Source: Candidatus Omnitrophota bacterium (lineage in GTDB: Bacteria; Omnitrophota; Gorgyraeia; Gygaellales; Profunditerraquicolaceae). Taken from it: a stretch of DNA of 64,000 nt. The DNA is taken from positions 74,230-138,229 of the forward strand of contig JAPLLX010000003.1 in the NCBI GenBank assembly GCA_026387335.1, read 5' to 3'. How positions within the stretch are numbered: the first letter of the stretch is position 1; the number at the start of each line of letters is the position of its first letter. The notes beneath the pieces are model-generated. The model did no database searches. It saw only the letters and a list, made by a program, of their open reading frames with translations, and had not been told where the DNA came from. Below are positions 1-9,977 of the stretch, piece by piece. The translations under genes and the position numbers were made by a program.

Positions 1-184
1 AAAAAGGGTCATGCATATGGCTTATTTTGACGTTTAAGAACCTCTCGGCTTCGCTTACCCCGGATAGGCCGCGGTTAATTAAAACCTGGGCGAGTATTTT
101 GGATATTTTTAGTTCTTGGCTTAAGGTATTCTGAAGGTGTGTTTGGCCGGAAGCGATTCTTAATATCTTGTGGGAATGCATAAA

Positions 185-1822
185 TTACATCTTTTCGGGG
201 GTAGAAACGCCTAACAAATCCAGACCGGTAGCGATTAAAATCCTCGTGCCTTCAATAAGGCCAAGGCGGGCCTGGGTAAGGTTAGCGTCATCGGTTAAAA
301 CACGATGCAAATCATAAAATTTATGGAACGTTTCCGAAAGCTCCTGCAGATAAACAGTCAGCATATAAGGATCCTGGGTCTTAAGGCAGGCATTGAGGAT
401 ATAAGAAAATTGCAGTATTTTTTTGATCAGATCCAGCTCTTCTTTCTCTTTTAATAACGCCAGGTCCGCGTTTTTATTTAATTTTACTGTCGCACTGCGC
501 AAGATACTGCAAATACGGGCATGGGCGTACTGCACATAATAAACCGGGTTCTCGGAAGTCTGAGCCTTGGCTACATCCAGGTCAAAATCCAAGTGGCTGG
601 AAGTCCGCCGCATAATAAAGAAAAATCTGGCGGCATCCCTACCCACTTCGTCTAAGACTTCCCTTAAGGTTATGTATTCTCCCCGGCGCGTAGACATCTG
701 TATAGGCAAGCCATCCCGGAATATCGTGGCCAACTGCACGATAACTATCGATAGCGAAGCAGGGTCCCTACCTAATGCCGCGACTGAAGCTTTAAGCCTG
801 CTGATATAGCCGTGATGGTCCGGGCCCCAAAGATTAATCAACCACTTGAATCCGCGCTTGTATTTATCGTCATGATAAGCGATATCGGGAGCCAGATACG
901 TATAAGTTCCGTCACTTTTTAGGACGACCCTGTCTTTATCGTCTCCAAAAGCGCTGGACTTAAACCAGAGGGCTCCTTCCTGCTCATAGAGAAAACCTTT
1001 CTTCTTTAATAGCTCAAAAGCCTTCGGAATTTTATCGCTTTTCCCCAGACCTTTTTGCGAATACCAACAGTCAAATCTTACCCCGAAATCATCCAACTCT
1101 TTTTTAATTATGTCCAAAATAAATTTTGCGGCAAAATCACCCAGGTCCTCGGTTTTAATCTTCTTTTCTTTTGCTTTTTTAGCTATGTCATAAATATATT
1201 CGCCCTGGTAATAATTCTCCGGGAAATCCGTCTTTTCTGCGGAATTTTCTTTCATTCTCAGCTCTACGGATTTACCCAGAATATTTATCTGGTTGCCTTC
1301 ATCATTAAGATAATATTCCCGGCTGACCTTAAAACCTAAAAAGCTCAGGATGTTAGCCAGGGCATCGCCGACAGCTGCCTGACGGGCATGAGCGACCGAT
1401 AAAGCGCCGGTCGGGTTAGCGCTGACAAATTCAATTAAAACGGGTTCATTTTTACCTAAATCCAGCCGCAGGGCTTCTTTTTCTTTTTTTAAGATAACCT
1501 CTAATTCCTGGTATAAATATTTAGGCTCAAGATAAAAATTGATAAAACCTGCTCCTTCCACTTTAATCTCTTTAATATAATTTTTTAAGGGGGATTTTTC
1601 TGCCTGCTTATTGATCCTGCCTATTAAATCCACGGCGATTTCCCGGGGAGGCTTATTTAACGCCTTACTCAGGCGCAGAGCGACATTAGTCGAGAAATCT
1701 CCGAAACGGCTTGCCCCTGGGATATCCAGATACAATTCTTCGGTTAAAGAAGACGCTTGGCCCGTTTCCTTCAACGCCTCTTTGACTAACCCAATAATCT
1801 GGTCTTGGATATTTTCTTTCAT
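185..1822 (-). CDS. argS: Arginine--tRNA ligase (class I aaRS with a C-terminal DALR anticodon-binding domain)
   Basis: 545 aa ORF. The N-terminal Arg-tRNA synthetase domain, a Rossmann core with HIGH-like 'ANPTGALSVAHARQ', the 'MSTRRG' KMSKS-equivalent and the C-terminal DALR-type helical domain are all present. Length and domain order are typical of bacterial ArgS. Confidence 0.9.
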   Translation of the reverse strand: MKENIQDQIIGLVKEALKETGQASSLTEELYLDIPGASRFGDFSTNVALRLSKALNKPPREIAVDLIGRINKQAEKSPLKNYIKEIKVEGAGFINFYLEPKYLYQELEVILKKEKEALRLDLGKNEPVLIEFVSANPTGALSVAHARQAAVGDALANILSFLGFKVSREYYLNDEGNQINILGKSVELRMKENSAEKTDFPENYYQGEYIYDIAKKAKEKKIKTEDLGDFAAKFILDIIKKELDDFGVRFDCWYSQKGLGKSDKIPKAFELLKKKGFLYEQEGALWFKSSAFGDDKDRVVLKSDGTYTYLAPDIAYHDDKYKRGFKWLINLWGPDHHGYISRLKASVAALGRDPASLSIVIVQLATIFRDGLPIQMSTRRGEYITLREVLDEVGRDAARFFFIMRRTSSHLDFDLDVAKAQTSENPVYYVQYAHARICSILRSATVKLNKNADLALLKEKEELDLIKKILQFSYILNACLKTQDPYMLTVYLQELSETFHKFYDLHRVLTDDANLTQARLGLIEGTRILIATGLDLLGVSTPEKM

Positions 1823-1849
1823 GTAAGTTTGAAAATCTCTGGAGGGGAA

Positions 1850-2134
1850 CTACCTAACCACTCTGACCTTTTTAGCGTCAGACCACAGGCGCTCTAAACA
1901 ATAATGTTCGCGCAGCGGTTTATAAAATACATGGGCTATTACGGAAGCAAAATCCAGGACCACCCACCCGCTTTCATCCCCGATAGGCACCTTGGAAAGA
2001 GGTTTTAGGTTATCCTTAGTTAGATCCTCCGCTATACCCTGGGCGATCGCGCCTACCTGCCTTAAGGATGTAGCGCTAGAAATTATAAAATAATCGCAGA
2101 AGGAAGCAACCTTACGCATATCTAAGATTACCAC
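1850..2134 (-). CDS. rsfS: Ribosomal silencing factor RsfS (Iojap family)
   Basis: 94 aa with the characteristic 'DYFIISSATSLRQV...GWVVLDFASVIAHVF...YCLERLW' Iojap/RsfS signature. The ORF-track start is GTG. An in-frame ATG at 2119 (MRKVAS...) is the more likely start. Confidence 0.85.
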   Translation of the reverse strand: MVILDMRKVASFCDYFIISSATSLRQVGAIAQGIAEDLTKDNLKPLSKVPIGDESGWVVLDFASVIAHVFYKPLREHYCLERLWSDAKKVRVVR

Positions 2135-2225
2135 CTTCTGCGCTTTTTTAGACTTAGCTGCTGCCGCAATACGTTGAGCTAACTTTTTTGTATCTATTGA
2201 GCCTGACCTCTTTTTCTTTTAAAAT

Positions 2226-2375
2226 CTAGGAATTACCTAGAATCTTATACATGCCTGTGCCGCATGATGTACATTTGCCCTTCATCGCCTGACGGCCGTT
2301 CTTCATGGTTACCTTCTGCTCATCTTTCATTTCTTTCTTATCTTTGCACTTTACGCAATAACCTTTCTCTGCCAT
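2226..2375 (-). CDS. Small zinc-ribbon protein, DUF5679-like (49 aa), not in the ORF track
   Basis: Manual translation of the minus strand gives MAEKGYCVKCKDKKEMKDEQKVTMKNGRQAMKGKCTSCGTGMYKILGNS*. It has two CxxC pairs, a strong AAGGAGG Shine-Dalgarno 6-8 nt upstream, and a TTGACC-16-TATAAT promoter upstream. It is below the 60-aa cutoff of the supplied ORF track. Confidence 0.6.
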   Translation of the reverse strand: MAEKGYCVKCKDKKEMKDEQKVTMKNGRQAMKGKCTSCGTGMYKILGNS

Positions 2376-2410
2376 TTCCTTCCTCCTTGTTAGTATTAAC
2401 TTCTATTGTT

Positions 2411-2438
2411 ATTATACAACTGAAAAATCAAAGGTCAA
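2411..2438 (-). promoter_or_regulatory. Sigma70-type promoter (-35 TTGACC, 16-nt spacer, -10 TATAAT) reading on the minus strand toward the 49-aa zinc-ribbon gene
   Basis: The reverse complement of 2411-2438 is TTGACCtttgatttttcagttgTATAAT. The -35 hexamer overlaps the stop codon of the upstream CBS-domain gene. An SD-like AAGGAGG lies about 25 nt downstream. Confidence 0.4.
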
Positions 2439-3448
2439 TTTTTATTTGTTGGACCCTTAGCCTGATCCTCTTTTATTTCTCCGACAATTTCTTCAGTCAG
2501 GTCCTCTAAAGTAACCAGCCCCAGCGTCTTCTTAGCGCTATCCACGACTATAGCGATCTGCACTTTATCTTTCTGAAACTTTCTTAAGAGCTCACTTACC
2601 TGCATCCCCTGCGGGACACAATAAGCCTCATGGACCAGATCCTGCAAGAGGAAAAGGCCCTTATCCCTTAATATATAAAGGAGGTCGCGGGCATAAATAA
2701 TACCCACTACATTATCAATAGCCCCGCTATACACCGGAAGCCGGGCATGCCCTTCTTCCACAAACATATTCAATAACTCTTCCGAAGTAATATTAATATT
2801 GACCGCCACCATTTTTTCTCTAGGGACCATGACATCTTTTACCTTAGTATCCCCGAATTCAAAGATACGGTGCAGCATCTTCCTTTCTTCGTCGCTTAAA
2901 ACCCCCTCATCTTTACCTACTTCTATCATCAGGCGCAGCTCTTCTTCCGTGATGAGCGGCGACCGTTTACTTGGGCCTATTTTAAACAGTTGAAGAATAA
3001 AATTACTGATGCTGATAAAGAAATTAACCGCGGGGTTCAGTACTTTGAGTAAAACTTCCATAATCGGAGCGATAAAAAGCGCGGATTTCTCCATATGCTT
3101 GGTCGCCAGTATTTTCGGGGTCATCTCACAGAAAATAAGCACAAAGAATGTCGCAATGAATGTAGCAATGATGGTCCCAAAACTAAAACCAAATATAGGA
3201 GTACAGACTGCGGTCACAATCGCCGAAATAGCGGTATTTACAAAGTTGTCTCCGATGAGAATAGCGGCAAGGAACCTATCCAACTTGGTAACCAAGTTTT
3301 GAACATTCTGAGCATTTTTTACGCCTTTGGAAACCATATGGCGCAGGCGGATTTTGCTTAAGCCGATAACTGAAGTCTCCGAGATGGCAAAGAAAAAAGA
3401 CATAACCGCCAGGAGCATAAACACAATTATTATAATTATGGTTGTCAT
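2435..3448 (-). CDS. CNNM/DUF21 transmembrane plus tandem CBS-domain protein (CorC/TlyC 'hemolysin' family)
   Basis: 337 aa. The N-terminal half is hydrophobic multi-helix (DUF21-like). The C-terminal half has the CBS-pair motifs 'VMVPREKMVAVNINITSEELLNMFVEEGHARLPVY...DNVVGIIYARDLL'. Confidence 0.8.
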   Translation of the reverse strand: MTTIIIIIVFMLLAVMSFFFAISETSVIGLSKIRLRHMVSKGVKNAQNVQNLVTKLDRFLAAILIGDNFVNTAISAIVTAVCTPIFGFSFGTIIATFIATFFVLIFCEMTPKILATKHMEKSALFIAPIMEVLLKVLNPAVNFFISISNFILQLFKIGPSKRSPLITEEELRLMIEVGKDEGVLSDEERKMLHRIFEFGDTKVKDVMVPREKMVAVNINITSEELLNMFVEEGHARLPVYSGAIDNVVGIIYARDLLYILRDKGLFLLQDLVHEAYCVPQGMQVSELLRKFQKDKVQIAIVVDSAKKTLGLVTLEDLTEEIVGEIKEDQAKGPTNKN

Positions 3449-3452
3449 ATTC

Positions 3453-4730
3453 TTATCCTACTGATAAGGCTTTCCGTATTTTATCTTCTATCCCCGAAAG
3501 CGGCCCGATCAGGCTTAAATTAATGTTTTTGTCATCAAATATCTCAGCCGCGGCTTCCCGGATACTAGCCCTATCCACACGATTCACTTCAGCAATGATA
3601 TCCTCTAAAGAAAATGTTCTATCCAGCTTAAGAGTAGTTTCACCTATCCAAAGCATATGTTCTAAAGTATCCTCTAAGGCCAGCCTTAATTGGCCGATAT
3701 AAAATTCTTTCGCCCGCCTGAATTCACCGGCAGTAACCAGATTATTTCGGGTTTTCTTTAATTCTTTCAAAATCAGGGGTATAGCCTCTAATACTTGCTT
3801 ATTATCAATTCCCGCGTGCACAATAAACGCCCCGGTATCCTGAAAACGCTTGACCAGCGAACCTATCTCGTAGGCCAGCCCGCGTTTCTCCCGGATTTCA
3901 TCAAAGAGGCGCGAGGACATATTAGCGCCTAATATGACATGGAGCATGCCCAAGGCGTGTTTCAAAGGATGTTCCCTCTTAAAACTCCGGAATCCCAAAG
4001 CCATATGGGTCTGTTCGGTTTCTTTATGGAAAAGTTTAAAAGCCGGCGCGTCCTGATTTTCTCTGACTCGCTGAAAAGTGTTTAGCCTGTTAGCTGGGAG
4101 TCTGGAGAATATCTTATTTACAGAGCGCTCTAATTTTAGGCTATCCAGATTGCCGCAGGCGCTGACCACGATATTGGAAGCGGTATAATAGCTCTCTTTA
4201 AAATCTAACAGCTCTTTTCTGCCTATGCTCTTTACGGATTCAACCGTGCCTATGATGGGTGAACCCAGGGGCTGCTTTGGCCAGAGCAATTCATCCAGAA
4301 GCTCATACACATAACTCTGAGGAAGATCCCTGTACATCTTTAACTCTTCCAGAATGACTGTCTTTTCTTTTTTAATATCGCCTGTAAAAAGCAGGGGATT
4401 GATCACCATATCCGCTAAAATATTTAAGCCCGTATTCAGACGCGCAGCCGGCACTTTCACCAGATAGCAGGTAAGCTCTTCCGAAGTAAAACCGTTTAGG
4501 GACCCTCCGATACCCTCAATAGATTCCTTAAGCAGCCGGCAGGAATAGTTCTTGGTCCCCTTAAACAAAAGATGCTCTAAGAAATGCGCCGCGCCTTTGT
4601 TTCGTAAGCCCTCGTATCTTCCGCCCACATTTATCCATATACCCAACGCCGCCGACTCCCGCTTAGGCATATTATGGCTGATGATCTTTAATCCGTTATC
4701 TAAACGCGTCTTTTTATAAATATTTTTCAT
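3453..4730 (-). CDS. M16-family zinc metallopeptidase (insulinase/pitrilysin-like)
   Basis: 425 aa with the inverted zinc-binding motif HxxEH ('AHFLEHLLFKGT') near the N-terminus and a downstream glutamate region typical of M16 peptidases. Confidence 0.85.
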   Translation of the reverse strand: MKNIYKKTRLDNGLKIISHNMPKRESAALGIWINVGGRYEGLRNKGAAHFLEHLLFKGTKNYSCRLLKESIEGIGGSLNGFTSEELTCYLVKVPAARLNTGLNILADMVINPLLFTGDIKKEKTVILEELKMYRDLPQSYVYELLDELLWPKQPLGSPIIGTVESVKSIGRKELLDFKESYYTASNIVVSACGNLDSLKLERSVNKIFSRLPANRLNTFQRVRENQDAPAFKLFHKETEQTHMALGFRSFKREHPLKHALGMLHVILGANMSSRLFDEIREKRGLAYEIGSLVKRFQDTGAFIVHAGIDNKQVLEAIPLILKELKKTRNNLVTAGEFRRAKEFYIGQLRLALEDTLEHMLWIGETTLKLDRTFSLEDIIAEVNRVDRASIREAAAEIFDDKNINLSLIGPLSGIEDKIRKALSVG

Positions 4731-5512
4731 GCCTTTAACCCGCTGACAAAATTACTTACCCTTTTTACTAAATCAGCCTTACCGCTATTTTCCTTTATCT
4801 TCTTGACGATCGCGCTTCCGATAATAACGCCATCAGCAAAACTTTTAATCTCTCTGGCCTGAGACGAAGTTGATACGCCAAAGCCGACACAAACCGGCTT
4901 TTTGGTATATTTCTTGATCAGATTGATCTGCCTGCGGATCCCGGAATCAAGATTATTGCGCTCTCCGGTTACTCCGGTCAGAGAAACATAATAAATAAAA
5001 CCTTTAGAGACCCTGGAGATTAATTTTACTCTTTTCAGGCTGGAAGTCGGAGAAAGAAAACAAATCACATCCAGGCCTCGTCTGTTTGCCGCCTGGATAA
5101 AATCCCTGCCCTCTTCAGGAGGTAAATCCGGTATAATCAATCCGTCTACGCCGGATTCCTTGGCTTGGGCAATAAATTTTTTATCCGGAAAACAAAAGAC
5201 CGGATTGTAATAAGTCATCAGGCAAATAGGTATATTGACGCTTTTGCGGGCCTTCTTAACCAGATTCAATATATCAATAAGATGCGTGCCCTTCCTTAAA
5301 GCTTGGGAAGAAGCCTCCTGGATCACCGGGCCATCGGCCATAGGATCGGAAAACGGGACTCCCAACTCTAAAATATCCACTCCTATTTTATCAAACTCAT
5401 AAATAAGTTTTTCAGTTATATGGAGATTAGGGAAACCCGCGGTGATAAAAGCTATAAAAGCCTTTTTTCCTTTCTTTCTCAATTCTTGAAATTTTTTATC
5501 TATGCGGTTCAT
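4727..5512 (-). CDS. trpA: Tryptophan synthase alpha subunit
   Basis: 261 aa TIM-barrel protein with '[17 protein letters not shown]' and 'GFGVS' motifs. It is translationally coupled to trpB (4-nt overlap). Confidence 0.9.
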   Translation of the reverse strand: MNRIDKKFQELRKKGKKAFIAFITAGFPNLHITEKLIYEFDKIGVDILELGVPFSDPMADGPVIQEASSQALRKGTHLIDILNLVKKARKSVNIPICLMTYYNPVFCFPDKKFIAQAKESGVDGLIIPDLPPEEGRDFIQAANRRGLDVICFLSPTSSLKRVKLISRVSKGFIYYVSLTGVTGERNNLDSGIRRQINLIKKYTKKPVCVGFGVSTSSQAREIKSFADGVIIGSAIVKKIKENSGKADLVKRVSNFVSGLKA

Positions 5513-6696
5513 ATTTTGCCTTTAGTCACTATTCCCAAGTCCTTATCTCCCCTGCCGGATAAGCAGACTATAACAATTGATTTCCGGTTAATTTTCTTAG
5601 CTAACTTCTTTAAATAGGCGATAGCGTGCGCTGATTCTAACGCCGGAATTATTCCTTCTAACTTAGAAAGTAAATCAAACCCTTCCAGGGCTTCTTTATC
5701 GTTGATCGCGACATATTCAGCCCGGCCGATTTTCTTATAATAGGCATGTTCCGGCCCGACCCCGGGATAATCCAGCCCGGCAGAAATAGAATGCGTAAGG
5801 CTGACCTGGCCGAATTTATCCTCTAATAAACCTGACTTTGAGCCATGTAAAACGCCTATATCGCCGTTCACTAAAGTAGCCGCGTGTTTACCGCTAGATA
5901 ATCCTCTTCCGCCGGCTTCCACCCCGATAAACCTTACTTTTTTGTCATTAACAAACGGATAAAATAACCCCAGGGCATTACTTCCTCCGCCTACGCAGGC
6001 AACCAGGTAATCCGGCAGACGTTTTTCTTTCTTTTTAAGCTGGACCTTGGATTCGCTTCCGATCACCGACTGAAAATCCCTTACCAACATCGGATAGGGA
6101 TGCGGCCCGGCAACAGTACCGATGATATAATGCGTATCGCGCACATTAGTCACCCAATCGCGCAGAGCCTCGGTCATCGCGTCTTTTAAGGTCCGGGAGC
6201 CGCTTTTTACCGGGATCACATTCGCGCCCAGCAGTTGCATACGGAAAACATTGGGCTTCTGCCTTTCCATATCTTCCTGGCCCATATAAACATCACATTT
6301 TAATCCAAAGAGGGCCGCAACCGTAGCGGTAGCTACGCCATGCTGGCCCGCGCCGGTCTCCGCGATTACCCGCGGTTTTTTCATCCGCAGGCACAGAAGC
6401 GCCTGAGCCAGAGTATTATTTATTTTATGCGCGCCGGTATGTAAAAGGTCTTCCCTTTTAAGATATATTTTATTTATGCCTAGATGCCGGCTGAGCTTCT
6501 TAGCAAAATATAACGGCGTTGGCCGGCCGGCGTATTCATTTAAATAAAATTTAAGCTCCGTCTTAAACTGCTTATCTCTTCTCGCCTTTTTATATTCTTT
6601 TTCCAATTCATCCAGGGCAAAGATCAGCGTCTCCGGAACAAACCTGCCGCCAAATTCCTCAAAATGCCCGGATTTATCCGGTAATTTTTTTTCCAT
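5509..6696 (-). CDS. trpB: Tryptophan synthase beta subunit (PLP-dependent)
   Basis: 395 aa with 'HTGAHKINN' around the PLP lysine and the 'GGGSNA' glycine loop. Typical TrpB length. Confidence 0.95.
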   Translation of the reverse strand: MEKKLPDKSGHFEEFGGRFVPETLIFALDELEKEYKKARRDKQFKTELKFYLNEYAGRPTPLYFAKKLSRHLGINKIYLKREDLLHTGAHKINNTLAQALLCLRMKKPRVIAETGAGQHGVATATVAALFGLKCDVYMGQEDMERQKPNVFRMQLLGANVIPVKSGSRTLKDAMTEALRDWVTNVRDTHYIIGTVAGPHPYPMLVRDFQSVIGSESKVQLKKKEKRLPDYLVACVGGGSNALGLFYPFVNDKKVRFIGVEAGGRGLSSGKHAATLVNGDIGVLHGSKSGLLEDKFGQVSLTHSISAGLDYPGVGPEHAYYKKIGRAEYVAINDKEALEGFDLLSKLEGIIPALESAHAIAYLKKLAKKINRKSIVIVCLSGRGDKDLGIVTKGKI

Positions 6697-7014
6697 TTAT
6701 AATGTAACCCTCTCCCAAAACATCTTTACGCCTTCAATCAAATCATTCCAAATAGGCCCGCCTAGCCCGGGGCCGGGGATATTCCACGGGTAATTATGCG
6801 CCGGGGAATAAAATATCCCGTAAAACATAGCCTTAATCAGCACAAAGGTCAAAGCTATAAAAATATTTACCAAAATTATGAAACCCACAAAGCCGATCAG
6901 GCAACCCAAAAGACAATTCAGCCATTTTTTCTTCTTCTTTAAAAATTCACCGCAATGCTTGCATTTCAGCGCCTCATCCTGTATCTCTTCCGCGCAATAC
7001 GGGCATCTTTTCAT
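6697..7014 (-). CDS. Small zinc-ribbon membrane protein (hypothetical) embedded in the trp operon
   Basis: 105 aa. It has an N-terminal CPYC...CKHC zinc ribbon followed by a poly-Lys stretch and one long hydrophobic helix. The start overlaps the trpF stop (7011-7014) and the stop abuts the trpB start, implying co-translation with the operon. Confidence 0.5.
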   Translation of the reverse strand: MKRCPYCAEEIQDEALKCKHCGEFLKKKKKWLNCLLGCLIGFVGFIILVNIFIALTFVLIKAMFYGIFYSPAHNYPWNIPGPGLGGPIWNDLIEGVKMFWERVTL

Positions 7015-7622
7015 TTTAACGCCTCAATAAATTTCTTTATCTTTTTATGGTCCTTCTGGCCCGGTTTTGCTTCCAGCGCACTGGAGACATCCACCCAATC
7101 CGGATGAAGTTTGTTTATCGCGCTGAACACATTCGCGCTGGTTAATCCACCGGACAAAAAAACCTGACCACTTATTTTATCTATATTCTTTAATAAATTC
7201 CAGTTAAACTTTCTTCCTGTGCCTCCGGCCGCGTTTTTAGAGAAGGTATCAAAAAGGTAACCGAAAACCTTATATTTTAATATCGCGGATAAATCTAATT
7301 TTTTCTTTACCCGGAAAGCCTTGACGACTTTATAACCCTTAAATTTATTACAATATTCCGCGCTCTCATTCCCGTGGAATTGCAGCAGATCCAGATCGCA
7401 AAGCTGGGCGATTTTTTTTACCTGCGCCAATTTTTCATCGACAAATACGCCCACCCTTAAAATCTTTTTAGGCAGGATACGCGCGATATTTCTGGCCTTT
7501 AACGGCTGAATAAAGCGGGGGCTCTTCTTATAAAATACAAAGCCAATAGCATTTGCTCCGCTAAAAAGGCTGGCTAAGGCGTCTTCCAGATTCGTTATCC
7601 CGCAAATTTTTACCTTTACCAT
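7011..7622 (-). CDS. trpF: Phosphoribosylanthranilate isomerase
   Basis: 203 aa with 'VKICGIT' at the N-terminus and a C-terminal 'LSGGL' phosphate-binding region. It sits between trpC and trpB. Confidence 0.85.
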   Translation of the reverse strand: MVKVKICGITNLEDALASLFSGANAIGFVFYKKSPRFIQPLKARNIARILPKKILRVGVFVDEKLAQVKKIAQLCDLDLLQFHGNESAEYCNKFKGYKVVKAFRVKKKLDLSAILKYKVFGYLFDTFSKNAAGGTGRKFNWNLLKNIDKISGQVFLSGGLTSANVFSAINKLHPDWVDVSSALEAKPGQKDHKKIKKFIEALK

Positions 7623-8407
7623 CCCATTAGTTCTTCGACCTTAGCCTTGATATTTTCCGCCTGCATAAAAGCCGTACCGATTAAAACCGCGCTGACCCCC
7701 AGAATTTTTAAAAACAGGATATCCTGATAAGTCTTAAGCCCGCTCTCTACAACTACTACTTTATCCTTGGGAATCAAGGTATATAATTTTTCAGTCGTTT
7801 TAGGGTCAACCTCCAGGGTATGCAGATCCCGGTTATTTATGCCGATAAGCGCTACCCCTTTTAATTTTAAGACCTTTTTTAGTTCCTTTTCATTATGCAC
7901 TTCCACTAAACAATCCATATTCAATTGCGTAGCCAGGGCCATAAATTGGGTTATTTCATCCTGGGTGAGCAAATCCGCGATAAGTAGTATGGCGTCAGCC
8001 CCGTAAAACCTGGATTCGTAAACCTGATAAGGCTCAATAATGAAATCTTTCCTTAATACCGGGACCGCGGCTATATTTTTTATTTCATTAATATAAGAAA
8101 TACTCCCCAGAAAATAATCCTCTTCGGTCACAACCGAGATCGCCTGGACTCCTGCCTCCTGATAGATTTTGGCAATATCCAGATGGTTAAAATCCTGCCG
8201 GATTAGGCCTTGCGAAGGCGAAGCCTTTTTTATTTCAGCGATCAGGGAAATCTGGCGCGGCTTACTTAACGCCTTAATAAACGGCCGGGTAGGACTAAGC
8301 CCCTGAACCTTGGCTTTTAATTCCTCTTCAGGAAGAAGCTGCTTAGCTAAAGCCAGGCGCTCTTTTTTCTTTAGGATGATCTCTTTTAAGGTGTCTATTT
8401 TTGCCAT
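7616..8407 (-). CDS. trpC: Indole-3-glycerol phosphate synthase
   Basis: 263 aa with 'IAEIKKASPSQG', 'RKDFI', 'LIGINNRDL' and 'ESG' motifs characteristic of IGPS. Confidence 0.9.
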   Translation of the reverse strand: MAKIDTLKEIILKKKERLALAKQLLPEEELKAKVQGLSPTRPFIKALSKPRQISLIAEIKKASPSQGLIRQDFNHLDIAKIYQEAGVQAISVVTEEDYFLGSISYINEIKNIAAVPVLRKDFIIEPYQVYESRFYGADAILLIADLLTQDEITQFMALATQLNMDCLVEVHNEKELKKVLKLKGVALIGINNRDLHTLEVDPKTTEKLYTLIPKDKVVVVESGLKTYQDILFLKILGVSAVLIGTAFMQAENIKAKVEELMGW

Positions 8408-9417
8408 TACCGTGAATACTTCTTCAATAATTCCAGTTTTCTTAAAGCCGCCTTGCTATCTATTGACTCTGCGGCTAGTTTTATGCCTTCGTTGATCGAG
8501 CCGGCTTTATCCGCCGCGTATATTGCGCATCCCGCATTCAGCAAGATTATATCCCGCCGGGAACCGTCTTTACCATCTAAAATATCCAAAGCTATCTGGA
8601 CATTATCAAATAAGCTTCCTCCCAGAAGATCTTCCGGCCGGGCGCGCTTAAATCCAAAATCCTCCGGCGCTATTTCGTATTCCTTAAATTCACCGTGATT
8701 AACCTCACAGATTTTCGTCTTATCGGTAGTAGTCACTTCATCCAGGCCGTCTAAGCCATGCACTACTAAAACATGCTTGGTCCCTAAATTATATAAGACG
8801 CGGGCTAAAATCGGCGGCCACTGGCTGCTATAAACCCCGATCAGCTGATTGGTCGCCCGGGCAGGATTGATTAACGGGCCCAAAATATTAAACATGGTCT
8901 TAGAGGCTATGCGCTTACGGGCCAGGGATACATTTTTCATCGCCGGGTTAAGGTTCGGCGCGAATAAAAAGGCTATCCCGATTTCCTCAAGGCATTTCTT
9001 AATTTTTGCCTTATCCATATTTATATTTACGCCCAATGCCTCTAAGATATCGGCGCTTCCGCAGATACTGGAAACTGAACGGTTGCCGTGTTTAGCGACT
9101 ACAACGCCGGCGCCGCTGGCCACAAAAGCGCTAATGGTAGAAATATTAAACGTGCCTTTTTTATCCCCTCCTGTTCCGCAGGTATCCAATATATTCGGTT
9201 TATCCACGATAATCGGGTCAATATATTTAAGCATCATCTCTACGGCCGCGGTCAGTTCTTCAATCGTCTCTCCCTTGCTATTTAAACAAGTCAGAAATTC
9301 GATTATATCCGCGGTATCCGTCACTCCGCTTAAAATATCATACATTACCGACTGCATCTCGTGAGCGGAAAGGTCTTTCTTCTGGATTAACTTATTTATC
9401 GCTTCTTTTATGATCAT
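8407..9417 (-). CDS. trpD: Anthranilate phosphoribosyltransferase
   Basis: 336 aa with 'DTCGTGGD', 'KHGNRSVSS' and 'NPAR' motifs of TrpD. Confidence 0.9.
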   Translation of the reverse strand: MIIKEAINKLIQKKDLSAHEMQSVMYDILSGVTDTADIIEFLTCLNSKGETIEELTAAVEMMLKYIDPIIVDKPNILDTCGTGGDKKGTFNISTISAFVASGAGVVVAKHGNRSVSSICGSADILEALGVNINMDKAKIKKCLEEIGIAFLFAPNLNPAMKNVSLARKRIASKTMFNILGPLINPARATNQLIGVYSSQWPPILARVLYNLGTKHVLVVHGLDGLDEVTTTDKTKICEVNHGEFKEYEIAPEDFGFKRARPEDLLGGSLFDNVQIALDILDGKDGSRRDIILLNAGCAIYAADKAGSINEGIKLAAESIDSKAALRKLELLKKYSR

Positions 9418-9977
9418 AGATTAACAAAGTTAGCTAAAATATCCATTCCGCATTTGGTAAGAATGGATTCCGGGTGGAATTGCACTCCCCAAACAGGATA
9501 TTTTTTATGTCTCAGGCCCATAATCTCATCTTCCTTGGTCCAGGCGGTGATCTGAAGGCATTCCGGAAGGCTCTTTTTCTCGACCAGCAAAGAATGGTAA
9601 CGCGTGGCCTCAAAAGGATTAGGGACGGCCCGGAATATCTCTTTGCTGTTGTGATAGATCATCGAGGTCTTGCCGTGCATAAGCTTCTTGGCGCCGATAA
9701 TTTTTCCTCCGTAAGCATACCCTATCGCCTGATGGCCAAGACAAACCCCTAAAATGGGAATTTTACCGGCGAATTCTTTTATCGCCTCAACCGAGACCCC
9801 GGCGTCTTCCGGCCGGCCCGGCCCGGGAGAAATAACTATTTTTTTAGGATTAAGTTTATTTATCTCACTCACAGTAATCTTGTCATTACGCAAGACTTTT
9901 ACCTCCTGGCGCAAGGAACTTAAATACTGCACCAGGTTATAAGTAAAAGAGTCGTAATTATCAATCATCAGGATCAT
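9414..9977 (-). CDS. trpG: Anthranilate synthase component II / aminodeoxychorismate synthase glutamine amidotransferase
   Basis: 187 aa class I GATase with 'ILGVCLGHQ' (catalytic Cys) and 'GVQFHPES'. No trpE is present in this window. Confidence 0.85.
   Translation of the reverse strand: MILMIDNYDSFTYNLVQYLSSLRQEVKVLRNDKITVSEINKLNPKKIVISPGPGRPEDAGVSVEAIKEFAGKIPILGVCLGHQAIGYAYGGKIIGAKKLMHGKTSMIYHNSKEIFRAVPNPFEATRYHSLLVEKKSLPECLQITAWTKEDEIMGLRHKKYPVWGVQFHPESILTKCGMDILANFVNL

Noticed and set aside
1-184. Partial gene or regulatory element in the first 184 bp downstream of argS
   Set aside because: I found no convincing open frame, hairpin or repeat there by eye. It is too short to call.
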